Numbered from the stretch's first letter, positions 30,020 through 40,792 are shown. The stretch is 53,989 nt of DNA from Halodesulfurarchaeum sp. (GCA_042216015.1 JBDGUI010000042.1:1-53989); one strand, 5' to 3'. Made by a program: numbers and translations. The notes: generated from the sequence alone by a model not told the origin.

Positions 30020-30717
30020 GCGAACGCGAGACAACAAACGAGACGACCCTCGAGGCCGACGGCGAGCCCGCAGACGGGGACGCGGCGGCCGACGAGGAGG
30101 AGGCACAGACCGAGGACGTCATGGCGGCGTCGGACCCGGACCTGCTGATCCCCGTCGAGGAATACCTCGGCGCGGGGGTCCACATCGGGACCCAGCAGAA
30201 GACCAAGGACATGGAGCGGTTCATCCACCGCGTCCGGACCGACGGGCTGTACGTCCTCGACGTGAGCAAGACCGACGAGCGCATCCGCACCGCCGCGGAC
30301 TTCCTCGACAACTACGACCCCGAGCAGGTCCTCGTGACCTCCTCGCGACAGTACGGCCGATATCCGGCAGAGAAGTTCGCCGAGGCCGTGGGCGCTCGCG
30401 CCCGGACGGGCCGGTTCATCCCGGGGACGCTGACCAACCCTCAATACGAGGGCTACATCGAACCCGACGCGCTGGTTGTCACGGATCCGATCGGTGACGC
30501 CCAGGCCGTCAAGGAAGCGATCACCGTGGGCATCCCGGTCATCGCCATGTGCGACTCGAACAACGCGACCAGCAACGTCGACCTCGTCATCCCGACGAAC
30601 AACAAGGGCCGACGGGCCCTCTCGGTCGTCTACTGGTTGCTCGGCAACGAGGTGCTCGACCGACGTGGCGCCGAACCCGCCTACTCGCTCGAGGACTTCG
30701 AGGAGAGCGAGATCTAA
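30016..30717 (+). CDS. rps2: 30S ribosomal protein S2
   Basis: [29 protein letters not shown]. Confidence 0.96.
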   Translation: MSERETTNETTLEADGEPADGDAAADEEEAQTEDVMAASDPDLLIPVEEYLGAGVHIGTQQKTKDMERFIHRVRTDGLYVLDVSKTDERIRTAADFLDNYDPEQVLVTSSRQYGRYPAEKFAEAVGARARTGRFIPGTLTNPQYEGYIEPDALVVTDPIGDAQAVKEAITVGIPVIAMCDSNNATSNVDLVIPTNNKGRRALSVVYWLLGNEVLDRRGAEPAYSLEDFEESEI

Positions 30718-30780
30718 GCCGGTTGGACACCTTCTGGGACGTACTCAAGCGTTTTTTAGCCTGGGGCTCGGAGACGCGGT

Positions 30781-31767
30781 ATGGCAACCTCGAGCGCCCC
30801 CGGTAAGGTCTATCTCTTCGGGGAGCACGCAGTCGTCTACGGCGAACCCGCAGTTCCCTGTGCGATCGAGCGACGGGCAACGGTCACCGTCGAGGAGCGA
30901 TCCGACGGCCGACTCCGGGTGAGCGCCCAGGATCTCAGCCTCGACGGCTTCACCGTCGAGTACGACGGGTCGACCGAGGGCACTCCGGAGGTGGACGTGA
31001 CGGAGGATCTCGTCCGGGCCGCGATGGGTTACGTTGACGGGGCAATCGACCAGGCCCGGGACGCGGCCGGCGCGCCTGACGCAGGGTTCGACGTGACAAT
31101 CGAGAGTGAGATCCCACTGGGTGCGGGGCTGGGTTCCTCGGCGGCCGTGGTGGTGGCGACGATCGATGCCGCCTCGCGGGCCCTCGGGGAATCACTCGAC
31201 CGCGAGAAGATCGCCGATCGGGCCTACCGCGTCGAACACCAGGTGCAGGACGGACAGGCCTCCCGAGCGGACACCTTTTGCTCGGCGAAGGGCGGCGCGG
31301 TGCTGGTCGAGGGTGAGGACTGCAAGCAGATCGAAGCCCCCGAACTCCCCTTCGTGATCGGGTACGACGGCGGGGCCGGAGATACCGGGGCACTCGTTTC
31401 CGGAGTCCGCTCGCTACGGGAGGAGTATCCCTTCGCGGCGAACACGGTCGAGTCGATCGGCGATTTGGTCGAGCGGGGTCTCGACGTGCTCGACGAGGAG
31501 GACCTCGATGAACTCGGGCGACTGATGAACTTCAATCACGGCCTGCTCGACGCACTTGGGGTCTCCGCCCGCTCCCTCGACGCGATGGTCTGGGCCGCCC
31601 GGGAAGCCGGGGCCACCGGAGCAAAGCTCACTGGAGCCGGTGGCGGCGGCTGCATCGTCGCCCTCGACGAAACTGACGCCACGAAGACGGCCCTCGAATA
31701 TTCGCCGGCCTGTGATGCGGCCTTCAGGGCGGAACTGGACACCGAGGGGGTTCGACGCGAGCCATGA
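30781..31767 (+). CDS. mvk: Mevalonate kinase
   Basis: APGKVYLFGEHAVVYG, PLGAGLGSSAA, KLTGAGGGG. Confidence 0.94.
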   Translation: MATSSAPGKVYLFGEHAVVYGEPAVPCAIERRATVTVEERSDGRLRVSAQDLSLDGFTVEYDGSTEGTPEVDVTEDLVRAAMGYVDGAIDQARDAAGAPDAGFDVTIESEIPLGAGLGSSAAVVVATIDAASRALGESLDREKIADRAYRVEHQVQDGQASRADTFCSAKGGAVLVEGEDCKQIEAPELPFVIGYDGGAGDTGALVSGVRSLREEYPFAANTVESIGDLVERGLDVLDEEDLDELGRLMNFNHGLLDALGVSARSLDAMVWAAREAGATGAKLTGAGGGGCIVALDETDATKTALEYSPACDAAFRAELDTEGVRREP

Positions 31768-32564
31768 CCGCCGACACCGAACAGGCGACTCACCCGGGCG
31801 GGTCCACACCGAAGCCGCCGGTCGTTCTCAAACTTGGCGGGAGCGTCATCACCGAGAAGGGAGCGCCCGAGACGGTCGATGAGGAGGGATTAGCCGCCGC
31901 AGCCGAGGCGATCGGGACCGCCGACGTCGAGCGACTCGTCATCGTCCACGGCGGCGGGTCCTTCGGCCATCCGGCCGCCGAAGCGGCGGGGGCCTCGATC
32001 GATTCGGGGACAAACGACGTCCGGGCGATCCGCGAGATCCACGACGCGATGGGTCGGCTACATGGGACCGTGCTCGATTCACTCCAGTCCGAGGGTGTGA
32101 GGGCGGTCCCGGTGAGGCCGCTTTCGGCCGGCTACCGGATGGATTCGGGCGCCGTTCACCTCCAGACCGATCAACTCTCGGCGATGCTCGCGGAGGGGTT
32201 CGTTCCCGTGCTTCACGGGGACGTCTTCACGACCGAGGGTGCCGGGGCGACCATCGTGAGCGGGGACGAACTGGTCGTCTCGATCGGGAGAGATCTGGAC
32301 GCCGAGGCGATCGGACTCTGTACGACCGTTTCGGGGGTACTCTCCAGTTCCGGGGCTGTCATCCCCGAGATAACCGATTTCGAGGCCGTCAGCGACGTGC
32401 TCGGTGGCAGCGACGCCACGGACGTGACCGGTGGGATGGCCGGCAAAGTCCGGGCACTCCTCGAACTCGAGGCCACGGCCCAAATATTCGACCTGGAAGG
32501 GTTGGCCGCGTTTCTGGCCGGTGAGGCCCCGGGGACGCGAATCGACGGGCGAAATCGGCAGTGA
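31764..32564 (+). CDS. ipk: Isopentenyl phosphate kinase
   Basis: LKLGGSVITEK, VHGGGSFGH, DVTGGMAGK; follows mvk. Confidence 0.9.
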   Translation: MTADTEQATHPGGSTPKPPVVLKLGGSVITEKGAPETVDEEGLAAAAEAIGTADVERLVIVHGGGSFGHPAAEAAGASIDSGTNDVRAIREIHDAMGRLHGTVLDSLQSEGVRAVPVRPLSAGYRMDSGAVHLQTDQLSAMLAEGFVPVLHGDVFTTEGAGATIVSGDELVVSIGRDLDAEAIGLCTTVSGVLSSSGAVIPEITDFEAVSDVLGGSDATDVTGGMAGKVRALLELEATAQIFDLEGLAAFLAGEAPGTRIDGRNRQ

Positions 32565-32775
32565 ACCGGCCGCGATCCTCGGGAAAATTCATGGCCGAGC
32601 GGCGGGACCGGGACGGCGGCACAATCAGGTGGTTTATAGGAGAAGAGTGACATAGCACACATATCACAGTCGATCGGGATCGCCAGGGTCGACGGCTGCA
32701 AGACGCCGGGGTCGTGGCGGTCTGACCGGGTGTTTCAGTACTGAGCGGGCCCGTTAGGGCTTTCAGTGATCAACA

Positions 32776-34122
32776 ATGGAAATCGAAATTGCGACAATCG
32801 GCGGCTACGAGGAAGTCGGACGGCAGATGACGGCAGTTCGGGCCGGCGAGGATGTGGTCATCTTCGACATGGGGCTCAACCTGTCGAAGGTCCTCATCCA
32901 CGACAACGTCGAGACCGAACGGATGCACAGCCTGGACCTCATCGACATGGGGGCCATCCCGGACGACCGGGTGATGTCGGAACTCGAAGGTGACGTGAAG
33001 GCCATCGTGCCCACACACGGCCACCTCGACCACATCGGGGCCATCTCGAAGCTAGCCCACCGGTACAACGCACCGGTCGTGGCGTCTCCGTACACCATCG
33101 AACTGGTCAAGGGCCAGATCGAGGGCGAGGAGAAGTTCGGCGTCGACAACGAACTCGTGAAGATGGAGGGCGGGGAGTCGATGGAGATCGGCAACGGGCT
33201 CGAACTCGAGTTCGTCCACATCACCCACTCGATCATCGACGCGATCAATCCGGTTCTGCACACCCCCGAGGGGGCCATCGTCTACGGCCTCGACAAGCGC
33301 CTGGACCACGATCCCGTTCTCGAGGATCCGATCGATATGCAACGATTCCGCGAGATCGGCCGGGAGGGCGAGGGCGTCCTCTGTTACATCGAGGACACCA
33401 CGAACGCCCAGAAGAAGGGACGGACACCGAGTGAATCACTCGCGCGTCACAAGCTCAAAGACGCCCTGACCTCGATGGAGGACTACGACGGCGGGATCGT
33501 CGCGACGACGTTCTCCAGTCACATCTCGCGAGTCAGCAGCCTCGTCGAGTTCGCAAAGGAGATCGGTCGACAGCCGATCCTCCTCGGGCGCTCGATGGAA
33601 CACTACTCCGGGGCGGCAGAACGGATGGGCTACGTCGACTTCCCCGACGACCTCGGGATGTTCGGCCACCGGAAGAGCGTCGACCGTGCGTTCAAGCGAA
33701 TCATGAACGAGGGCAAGGATCGCTTCCTGCCCGTCGTCACCGGCCACCAGGGCGAGCCTCGGGCGATGCTCACCCGGATGGCCCGCGGCGAGACGCCCTA
33801 CGAACTCGAGAACGGCGATAAGGTGATCTTCTCGGCACGGGTCATTCCCGAGCCGACGAACGAGGGCCAGCGCTACCAGGCCGAGAAGCTCCTCGGCATG
33901 CAGGGGGCCCGCATCTACGACGAGATCCACGTCTCGGGCCACCTCAACCAGGAGGGGCACTATCAGATGTTACAGGCCCTGAATCCACAGCACGTCATCC
34001 CGGCCCACCAGGAAATGGAGGGGTATGCGCCGTACGTGAACCTGGCCGAGTCGGAGGGCTACCGCGTGGGACGTGACCTCCACATCAGCCGCAACGGCAA
34101 CCGAATCCAACTCGTCGAGTGA
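32776..34122 (+). CDS. rnj: Ribonuclease J (beta-CASP)
   Basis: [29 protein letters not shown]. Confidence 0.93.
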   Translation: MEIEIATIGGYEEVGRQMTAVRAGEDVVIFDMGLNLSKVLIHDNVETERMHSLDLIDMGAIPDDRVMSELEGDVKAIVPTHGHLDHIGAISKLAHRYNAPVVASPYTIELVKGQIEGEEKFGVDNELVKMEGGESMEIGNGLELEFVHITHSIIDAINPVLHTPEGAIVYGLDKRLDHDPVLEDPIDMQRFREIGREGEGVLCYIEDTTNAQKKGRTPSESLARHKLKDALTSMEDYDGGIVATTFSSHISRVSSLVEFAKEIGRQPILLGRSMEHYSGAAERMGYVDFPDDLGMFGHRKSVDRAFKRIMNEGKDRFLPVVTGHQGEPRAMLTRMARGETPYELENGDKVIFSARVIPEPTNEGQRYQAEKLLGMQGARIYDEIHVSGHLNQEGHYQMLQALNPQHVIPAHQEMEGYAPYVNLAESEGYRVGRDLHISRNGNRIQLVE

Positions 34123-34123
34123 C

Positions 34124-35176
34124 ATGAAACCCGAGGTGCGGCGGGCAACCGTCGAGGAGGCCATTGCGAGCCGGCGGGAGATCGTCAACAAGCACATCGA
34201 CACCTACCTCCCGGTCGCGGATCCGGAGCGGCTCTACGAGGCGTCCCGCCACCTGCTCGAGGCCGGCGGCAAGCGGCTCCGTCCGACGATCCTGCTGGTC
34301 GCGGGGGAGGCTGTCACCGGAACAGTGCCGGGGACACAGTGCTACCAGGAGTTCCCGACGACGGTGACCGGCGAGGACCCCATCGACCTTCTTGCCGCGG
34401 CGGTGAGCGTCGAGGTCATCCAGTCCTTCACGCTGATCCACGACGACATCATGGACGACGACCAGATGCGTCGCGGGTCACCGGCCGTTCACGTGGCCTT
34501 CGATGCGGATACCGCGATCCTCGCCGGCGACACGCTCTACTCGAAGGCATTCGAGATCATGCTCGAGAGCGGGGCCCCCGCCGACCGGGGTCTCGAGGCC
34601 CTCGACCGGCTGGCCTCGACCTGCACCCGCATCTGTGAGGGACAGTCCCTCGACGTGGACTTCGAGACGCGGGAGACCGTGAGCACGGAGGAGTACCTCG
34701 ACATGATCGACCGCAAGACCGCCGTGCTCTACGCCGCGTCCGCCTCGATTCCGGCGATCCTGCTTGGCACAGAAGAGACGACCGTCGATGCCCTCTCGGC
34801 GTACGGTCGTTCGATCGGGCAGGCCTTCCAGATCTACGACGACGTCCTCGATCTGACGACCCCGAGTGAAACACTCGGAAAGACGCGGGGAAGTGACCTG
34901 ATCGAGGGGAAGCGGACGGTCATCACCCAGCACGCGAGAGCGCAGGGCGTCGACGTGGACGACCTGATCGAGGGGTCCGAACCGGATGCCGTGACGGACG
35001 CCGAGATCGATGCGGCCGTTCGCACGCTGGAGGACAGCGGATCGATCGCCTACGCGAAGAATCTCGCCTCGGATCTCGTCGAAGATGGCATCGACGAACT
35101 CGACGCACTGCCGGAGAACGAGGCGCGGGAACGGCTCGGGCAGATCGGGACGTACCTCATCGAGCGCTCGTACTGA
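34124..35176 (+). CDS. idsA: Polyprenyl (geranylgeranyl/geranylfarnesyl) diphosphate synthase
   Basis: GGKRLRP, FTLIHDDIMD..RRG, FQIYDDVLD. Confidence 0.92.
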   Translation: MKPEVRRATVEEAIASRREIVNKHIDTYLPVADPERLYEASRHLLEAGGKRLRPTILLVAGEAVTGTVPGTQCYQEFPTTVTGEDPIDLLAAAVSVEVIQSFTLIHDDIMDDDQMRRGSPAVHVAFDADTAILAGDTLYSKAFEIMLESGAPADRGLEALDRLASTCTRICEGQSLDVDFETRETVSTEEYLDMIDRKTAVLYAASASIPAILLGTEETTVDALSAYGRSIGQAFQIYDDVLDLTTPSETLGKTRGSDLIEGKRTVITQHARAQGVDVDDLIEGSEPDAVTDAEIDAAVRTLEDSGSIAYAKNLASDLVEDGIDELDALPENEARERLGQIGTYLIERSY

Positions 35177-35248
35177 TCCCACGCCAATCGAGGGAACCGA
35201 CGGGGCAAATCCCAACCACTTTGCTTGCCCGCCGAGTCCCCATCCATA

Positions 35249-37003
35249 ATGGACGACGAGCTTCGGGAGCGGATCGAACGGGAGATCGAAAAACACGCCC
35301 TTCATAACGCGCTCAAACACGAGAGCGACGCCCAGATCGGGGCGATCATGGGGCCGCTGATGGGAGAGAACCCCGACTTTCGCGAACACGGGGACGAGAT
35401 CCCAGCGCTTGGCGGCCCGATCGTCGCCAGGGTGAACGAACTCGACCGGGGAGCAAAGCGGGAGCGCCTCGCCGAACTCGATCCAGAGGCAATCGAGGAA
35501 CTCGAGGCCGAGGACGAGGCGGACGAGCATGCACTGCCGGAGCTGCCGAAGGCCGAACACGGCGCGGTCCGGATGCGAGTCGCTCCAAATCCGAACGGCC
35601 CCTGGCACCTGGGACACGCCCGCATGCCCGCCGTCATCGGGACCTACAAGGACCGATACGACGGCTCGTTCATCTGTCGGTTCGACGACACGGATCCGGA
35701 GACCAAGCGGCCCGATCTGGAGGCCTACGACCAGATCCTCTCGGACATCGAGTACCTGGGATTCGAACCGGACGAGGTGATTCGGGCGAGCGACCGGCTC
35801 GAGACCTATTACGAACACGCCCGCGAGCTCATCGAGATGGGCGGAGCGTACACGTGCTCATGTGCGGGCGAGACCTTCTCGGACCTGAAAAACGCGGGGG
35901 AACCCTGCGAACACCGGGACAAAGATCCAGCGACGGTGGCAGCGGAGTTCGAGCGGATGGTCGAGGGCGGGTACGACCCGGGCGAGATGGTCCTCCGCGT
36001 GAAAACCGACATCGAGCACCCGAATCCGGCGCTCAGGGACTGGGTCGCCTTCCGGATGATCGACACGCCCCATCCACGCGAGGCCGCACGCGAATATCGC
36101 TGCTGGCCCATGCTCGATTTCCAGTCGGGGATCGACGATCACCTCACCGGGATCACTCACATCATCCGGGGGATCGACCTCCAGGATTCGGCAAAGCGCC
36201 AGCGCTTCGTCTATGACTACTTCGACTGGACCTATCCCGAGGTGATCCACTGGGGTCACGTCCAGGTCGAGGATTACGACGTCGCCATGAGCACGTCGAG
36301 GATCAAGGAGCGGATCGAGGCGGGCGATCTCGACGGGTGGGACGATCCCCGTGCCCCGACCATCAAGAGCGTCCGGCGGCGGGGAATCCGCGGCGAGGCG
36401 CTCGTCTCAGCGATGGTCGACCTGGGTACTTCCACGAGCAACGTCGACCTCTCGATGAGCACCGTCTACGCCCGGAACCGGGAGTTGATCGACGACGGGA
36501 CGGATCGCCGCTTTCTGGTTCGGGAGTCGATCGACCCGTACCCGGAGGCCAAGCCAAAGCCGGTCGAGGCGGTCACCCTTTCGATCGAGGGCGGCCCCGA
36601 GATTGCGAAACCGCCGGTGCATCCCGATCACGAGGAACGAGGATTGCGGGAAATTCCCGTCGGAGACGAGGTTATGCTGGAGGCCGACGACGTGCCAGCC
36701 GAGGGCGAGCGAGTCTGGCTCAAGGGGTTCGGCGCCGTTCGATTGGAGGGCAGGCGGTTCGTGGCGACCCGCGACGACCTCCGCGTTGTCACCGAGGGCG
36801 ACGTGCCGGTGGTTCATTGGGTGCCGGCAGCGGAGTCTGTCCCGGTCAGGATGCACACGATGAACGGGGTCGTGATCGGTCGGGCCGAGCCCGGGCTCGA
36901 AACGGAAGAGGAGGACACCGTGGTCCAGTTCGAGCGGATCGGGTTCGCCAGGATCGATGGGCGGGAGGGCGATGAGACGGCCGCGTACTTCACGCACCCG
37001 TGA
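35249..37003 (+). CDS. gltX: Glutamate-tRNA ligase
   Basis: RVAPNPNGPWHLGH, RFDDTDP, MSTS, QFERIGFARID. Confidence 0.96.
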   Translation: MDDELRERIEREIEKHALHNALKHESDAQIGAIMGPLMGENPDFREHGDEIPALGGPIVARVNELDRGAKRERLAELDPEAIEELEAEDEADEHALPELPKAEHGAVRMRVAPNPNGPWHLGHARMPAVIGTYKDRYDGSFICRFDDTDPETKRPDLEAYDQILSDIEYLGFEPDEVIRASDRLETYYEHARELIEMGGAYTCSCAGETFSDLKNAGEPCEHRDKDPATVAAEFERMVEGGYDPGEMVLRVKTDIEHPNPALRDWVAFRMIDTPHPREAAREYRCWPMLDFQSGIDDHLTGITHIIRGIDLQDSAKRQRFVYDYFDWTYPEVIHWGHVQVEDYDVAMSTSRIKERIEAGDLDGWDDPRAPTIKSVRRRGIRGEALVSAMVDLGTSTSNVDLSMSTVYARNRELIDDGTDRRFLVRESIDPYPEAKPKPVEAVTLSIEGGPEIAKPPVHPDHEERGLREIPVGDEVMLEADDVPAEGERVWLKGFGAVRLEGRRFVATRDDLRVVTEGDVPVVHWVPAAESVPVRMHTMNGVVIGRAEPGLETEEEDTVVQFERIGFARIDGREGDETAAYFTHP

Positions 37004-37098
37004 TTTTCCCGTTTTCTGCCGAGGTACCCCGATTTGGTCCTGTCGCGCCTATTCAGAAACGAATGGGAATCTTGTGATGAATATGAACAATGAGTTCT

Positions 37099-38487
37099 TC
37101 AGTGGCCATGATCGGGATCGTGGCTTGCGATCACACCTCGGTCCGAAAACTGCCCCGGTTCTTGTTCGAATCTTTGCTTGCAAGTATTCGAACAGAAGTG
37201 ATAGGTGATCCCTTCATGAGTGGCGCTCGGGCCGTCATCGTCGGTCCGCATGCCACACACTGGATCTCGATACTGCCCAGGTGCGCCGAGTCCCCGCCGA
37301 TAGACGTACAGCAGAAATCCGGAGAGGGCAAAGGCAATGAGATTGAGATAGAACGTGTAGTTGAGTTCGAAGTAGGTCTGTTCGGTCGCCGTCTCTCCAC
37401 CGGTCAGGTCGGGGACGATTCCGAGCGCATCGAACAGTACCTCCATGAGAAACCCAGTGAACGCCATCGTCACGAAGAAGACGCCGAGGATGTACAGCAT
37501 CACCGTCCCGCCGTAGTATTTCCGGTAAACATTCAGCACCGGGATGGTGATGAGGTCAGCGTAGACGAACGCGATGACGCCGGCGAAGCTAATGCCTCCA
37601 CCCCAGAGCGCGACGGCGAAGGGGACGTTGCCCATACTGCCGACGAAGCTGATGACGGCAATTGCAACGCCCATAATCGCGTTTTCGGCGGTTACCAGGA
37701 GGCCGTCACCCTGGATGAAAAGGGTGTTCCACACCCACTGCGGGACGAAGACGATGACGAATCCGGAGATGAGGAAACCCGCGACGATATCCTTCCAGAT
37801 CATCGACCACTCCTTGCGGTACTGATTGGCGATCTTGTACCAGCCACCCCAGGATTGCAACTCGTCTCGCCAGTCACCACTGCTCGCCGTTTGCTGGCGA
37901 TACGTCTCCATACAGCCTTCCGAACAGAACTTCACCGTCTCTCCGCCGTCGGTCGTGAGGCTGTACTCGTCTTTTCCCTCCATGCCACAGGTGGGATCTT
38001 CGGTGACGCCCGATTTCCGGTCGCGCTCGTTGATCGTTTCTCGAACCTGGCTGAAGAGGTTCTCGGGGAGCGTCAGGTGGACGATGACCGACATCACTAT
38101 GATAAGGATGAGGCCACCGAGCAGTTCCGCGACGAGGAATTCCCACCCCAGGAGGATGAGAATCATCAATCCGAGTTCGACGATGAGGTTCGTCGAAGCG
38201 AACATGAACGCCATGAAATTCACCGCGTGAGCGCCCTTCTTGAATAGCCCCTTCCCAATGGCGACGGCGCCGAAACTGCAACCACTGCTCGCGGCACCGA
38301 ATACAGTCGCCTTGACAAGACCACTCAAATCGCCATCGCCGAGTACCCGTGCCATTCGCTCCTTCGAGACGTACACCTGCACGAGACTCGTGATCGTGAG
38401 TCCCATGATGATCGCCCATGCCGCCGTCCAAAGGAATCCAACCCCGATGCGAAGGGACTCGATGATGCTTTCGACGATCGCCTCCAT
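37099..38487 (-). CDS. Permease (DUF318/ArsP-like) with two YHS/TRASH metal-binding domains
   Basis: GAASSGCSF, FASTNL, FVGSMGNVP; DPTCGM...FCSEGC and DPVCGM...FCSNTC; His-rich tail SHDPDHGH. Confidence 0.85.
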   Translation of the reverse strand: MEAIVESIIESLRIGVGFLWTAAWAIIMGLTITSLVQVYVSKERMARVLGDGDLSGLVKATVFGAASSGCSFGAVAIGKGLFKKGAHAVNFMAFMFASTNLIVELGLMILILLGWEFLVAELLGGLILIIVMSVIVHLTLPENLFSQVRETINERDRKSGVTEDPTCGMEGKDEYSLTTDGGETVKFCSEGCMETYRQQTASSGDWRDELQSWGGWYKIANQYRKEWSMIWKDIVAGFLISGFVIVFVPQWVWNTLFIQGDGLLVTAENAIMGVAIAVISFVGSMGNVPFAVALWGGGISFAGVIAFVYADLITIPVLNVYRKYYGGTVMLYILGVFFVTMAFTGFLMEVLFDALGIVPDLTGGETATEQTYFELNYTFYLNLIAFALSGFLLYVYRRGLGAPGQYRDPVCGMRTDDDGPSATHEGITYHFCSNTCKQRFEQEPGQFSDRGVIASHDPDHGH

Positions 38488-39200
38488 AGTCGTATCTTCT
38501 GAGGTATCATCTATTGCAGTTTTCCTTCGGGAGCATACGCTTTCACTGAGCCCGATAAACGGAACTGTAAGTATGTGGCCCCACATAGGTAGGAACCTTA
38601 GGGAGTTTCGACGAGATTCCACTCTTCTCTGCCGCTGTTCCGCGATTTCTGTGATGACCGACCTCCGCAGCACTTAGCTCCTGATGGGAAGGTATCGGTC
38701 GCATGTATCATCACTCCACTGCGGTAATGGGAGAATTGGGAAACATGCGAATTAGTGTGGTATGAACGGTCACGACAGTGAAAAACGGTGAGAGGGCATC
38801 ATACACGCTCTCGAACGTTTTGGTGAACCAGTTCACACCCTGGCAGGTAACCCTCAAGCGGTCATACGGTGAGCCGTGACACGAGATATAGACTGGAGCA
38901 ACCCCAGAAGTTTCGGCAAGCGGTCTGCAATCGTGCAAAAACAAATCCAAACTACGGAACCCGATACAACAATCGAATCCAAGGGACAAACCACACTCGA
39001 CCCTTCGATAGTGAAGAGACAGGTGATTAAAGCACAATACAGTAATCCACGTAAGGACATGAAACACAGACTCATTGCCTCCGAACCGAAAATATCGGAA
39101 CGCCACCAGTGGGTACTGACTCAAAGGAATCAATCGAAGAATAGTACGCCGCAAAATCACTATCCAATAGTCCCATCCCCCAGCGAGGAGGTCCGATAAT

Positions 39201-39623
39201 ATGGATAAATTCGGCAAACAGGCCGGTGTGGTCGCCCTCTTGCTCGGAGGCCTCGCAGTGATTGCACCCACATTCCTGTCCGGAACGACACGCCTGGGCG
39301 GCTATGGCGGAACGATGGGAGGGTACGGCGGAATGGGCGGGTACGGTGGCATGATGGGCGGGTACGGTGGCATGATGGGTGGACTTGGAGGCATGGGAGG
39401 ATACGGGATAGGCGGAACAATCTTCGGAATCGTCGGTCAACTCGGCTTCCTGTTGTTGCTCGTCGGCGGTGGGTACCTGTTGTATCGTGCTCTCGCCGAC
39501 GGCAAGAATACAACCATTCTCAACTCCTCCGATACCGCAATGGAGGAACTCCGCATCGCATACGCCCGGGGAGAAATATCCGAAGAAGAATTCGAGAAAC
39601 GACACAATCACCTTCAACAATAA
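39201..39623 (+). CDS. SHOCT-domain membrane protein with Gly/Met/Tyr-rich repeats
   Basis: Two TM segments flanking GGYGG(M)M repeats; C-terminal AMEELRIAYARGEISEEEFEKR. Confidence 0.85.
   Translation: MDKFGKQAGVVALLLGGLAVIAPTFLSGTTRLGGYGGTMGGYGGMGGYGGMMGGYGGMMGGLGGMGGYGIGGTIFGIVGQLGFLLLLVGGGYLLYRALADGKNTTILNSSDTAMEELRIAYARGEISEEEFEKRHNHLQQ
39333..39379 (+). repeat. Coding 21-bp tandem repeat (MGGYGGM)
   Basis: ATGGGCGGGTACGGTGGCATG twice, exactly, with degenerate copies upstream. Confidence 0.85.
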
Positions 39624-39625
39624 AA

Positions 39626-40249
39626 ATGAGAGAAAAGAATGAATCGACCACCCGTCGGAAGTTCTTAGCTGGGACGGCCGGAGTTGCACTCACAGGATTG
39701 GCTGGCTGTACCACGGGGGTGCTCCCCGGAGATAGGGATGGAGCCAATAGAACACTGTATATCGGTTCGTATCACTGGGGCTTCATCCTCCTCGATGAAA
39801 CCGGAACGGAACGAGACCAAGTCACACTCGATAAAGGATCCACTGTGGAGATCGTCGGATTCGGTGTCGAAGCCCACGAAGCAGTGGAATCACTCCCGGC
39901 CCCAATTCAAGAAGGATTACCCAGCCACGAAAAATTGGAATCCAGAAACGAAGAGCGGATTCCAGCGCCAAGTGGGGAGTATCTCCACGATGCCCTCGAA
40001 GTTGCCGAATCGGCATATCCGGATCACAGCCTCATGATCGTTCCAGCAGGGTGGGAGCAGAGAGGCGGTGGAATGATGAACGGCGGCATGATGGGCAGCC
40101 AGGGAGTGCTTCTTTCCCAAGAGGCCACTGAGCCAGATGTTCAAAAGGTAACTGCAGACCAGAGTGGCGCCTTTTCGATCGATTGTGGGACGTACTGTGG
40201 CTACGGGCATCAATACATGTACAGAACGGGAGCGATCATCGTCGAATGA
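39626..40249 (+). CDS. Tat lipoprotein with cupredoxin/CuA-type copper motif
   Basis: TRRKFL, LAGC lipobox, upstream His (YPDHSL) and CGTYCGYGHQYM, which is C-x3-C-x3-H-x2-M. Confidence 0.8.
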   Translation: MREKNESTTRRKFLAGTAGVALTGLAGCTTGVLPGDRDGANRTLYIGSYHWGFILLDETGTERDQVTLDKGSTVEIVGFGVEAHEAVESLPAPIQEGLPSHEKLESRNEERIPAPSGEYLHDALEVAESAYPDHSLMIVPAGWEQRGGGMMNGGMMGSQGVLLSQEATEPDVQKVTADQSGAFSIDCGTYCGYGHQYMYRTGAIIVE

Positions 40250-40752
40250 TGCGATTTGGCCGGTCACTAACTGGGCTCTTGGGGTTCGCCTTTGCGACGA
40301 TTCTCGTCTTCTGGTTTGCCCTGACTGGCAGCAGGTCTGCGGGAGTGATTATTAATCCGGGTGGCGTAGTCGGGAGCAATACTGCCGTACTGCTTGGCAT
40401 TTTGTTACTTGTGGCAAGTGGATTCTGGCTGGGTGCGAAGCGATTGAGCGATCGTTTCACCAGCGCTACATCCGGTGTGAAAATCGGCAACGAAGAAGAG
40501 ACGCTAGAAGCACTCAAACGTCGGTATGTGGCCGGCGAAATCGATGAGGCTGAATTCGAACGTCAGTTGGAGACGTTGTTCGAGAATGAATCGGTTGAAG
40601 CGGCCAAACGGCGCGTCGAAAATACCTCGACTACCCCAGAGAGCCCCCAAGAATCACAAACTGCACCTCCGGTGGAAGGTGGATCGACACCGGCCACTAT
40701 CCACCAGCGACGAGGAAGGAACACACGATCGGGACATGGTCGTTGCAAATAA
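40246..40752 (+). CDS. SHOCT-domain membrane protein
   Basis: Two TM segments then LEALKRRYVAGEIDEAEFERQLE; ATGA overlap with the previous gene. Confidence 0.8.
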   Translation: MMRFGRSLTGLLGFAFATILVFWFALTGSRSAGVIINPGGVVGSNTAVLLGILLLVASGFWLGAKRLSDRFTSATSGVKIGNEEETLEALKRRYVAGEIDEAEFERQLETLFENESVEAAKRRVENTSTTPESPQESQTAPPVEGGSTPATIHQRRGRNTRSGHGRCK

Positions 40753-40792
40753 CGAATCGGACATGAACAAACGAAATGACGACACGATACCC

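Noticed and set aside
28820..37003. Enolase and isoprenoid genes inside a ribosomal/RNAP operon as a novelty
   Set aside because: This gene order is a well-known conserved arrangement in haloarchaea and other Euryarchaeota.
38711..39271. ORFs 38711-39271 (-) and 38876-39199 (+)
   Set aside because: Composition is unlike halophilic proteins, there are no motifs, and one overlaps a better-supported gene.
39626..40249. Cytochrome c oxidase subunit II call
   Set aside because: It lacks the subunit II TM hairpin, is a Tat lipoprotein, and has no subunit I nearby. Kept as a stand-alone CuA-motif protein.
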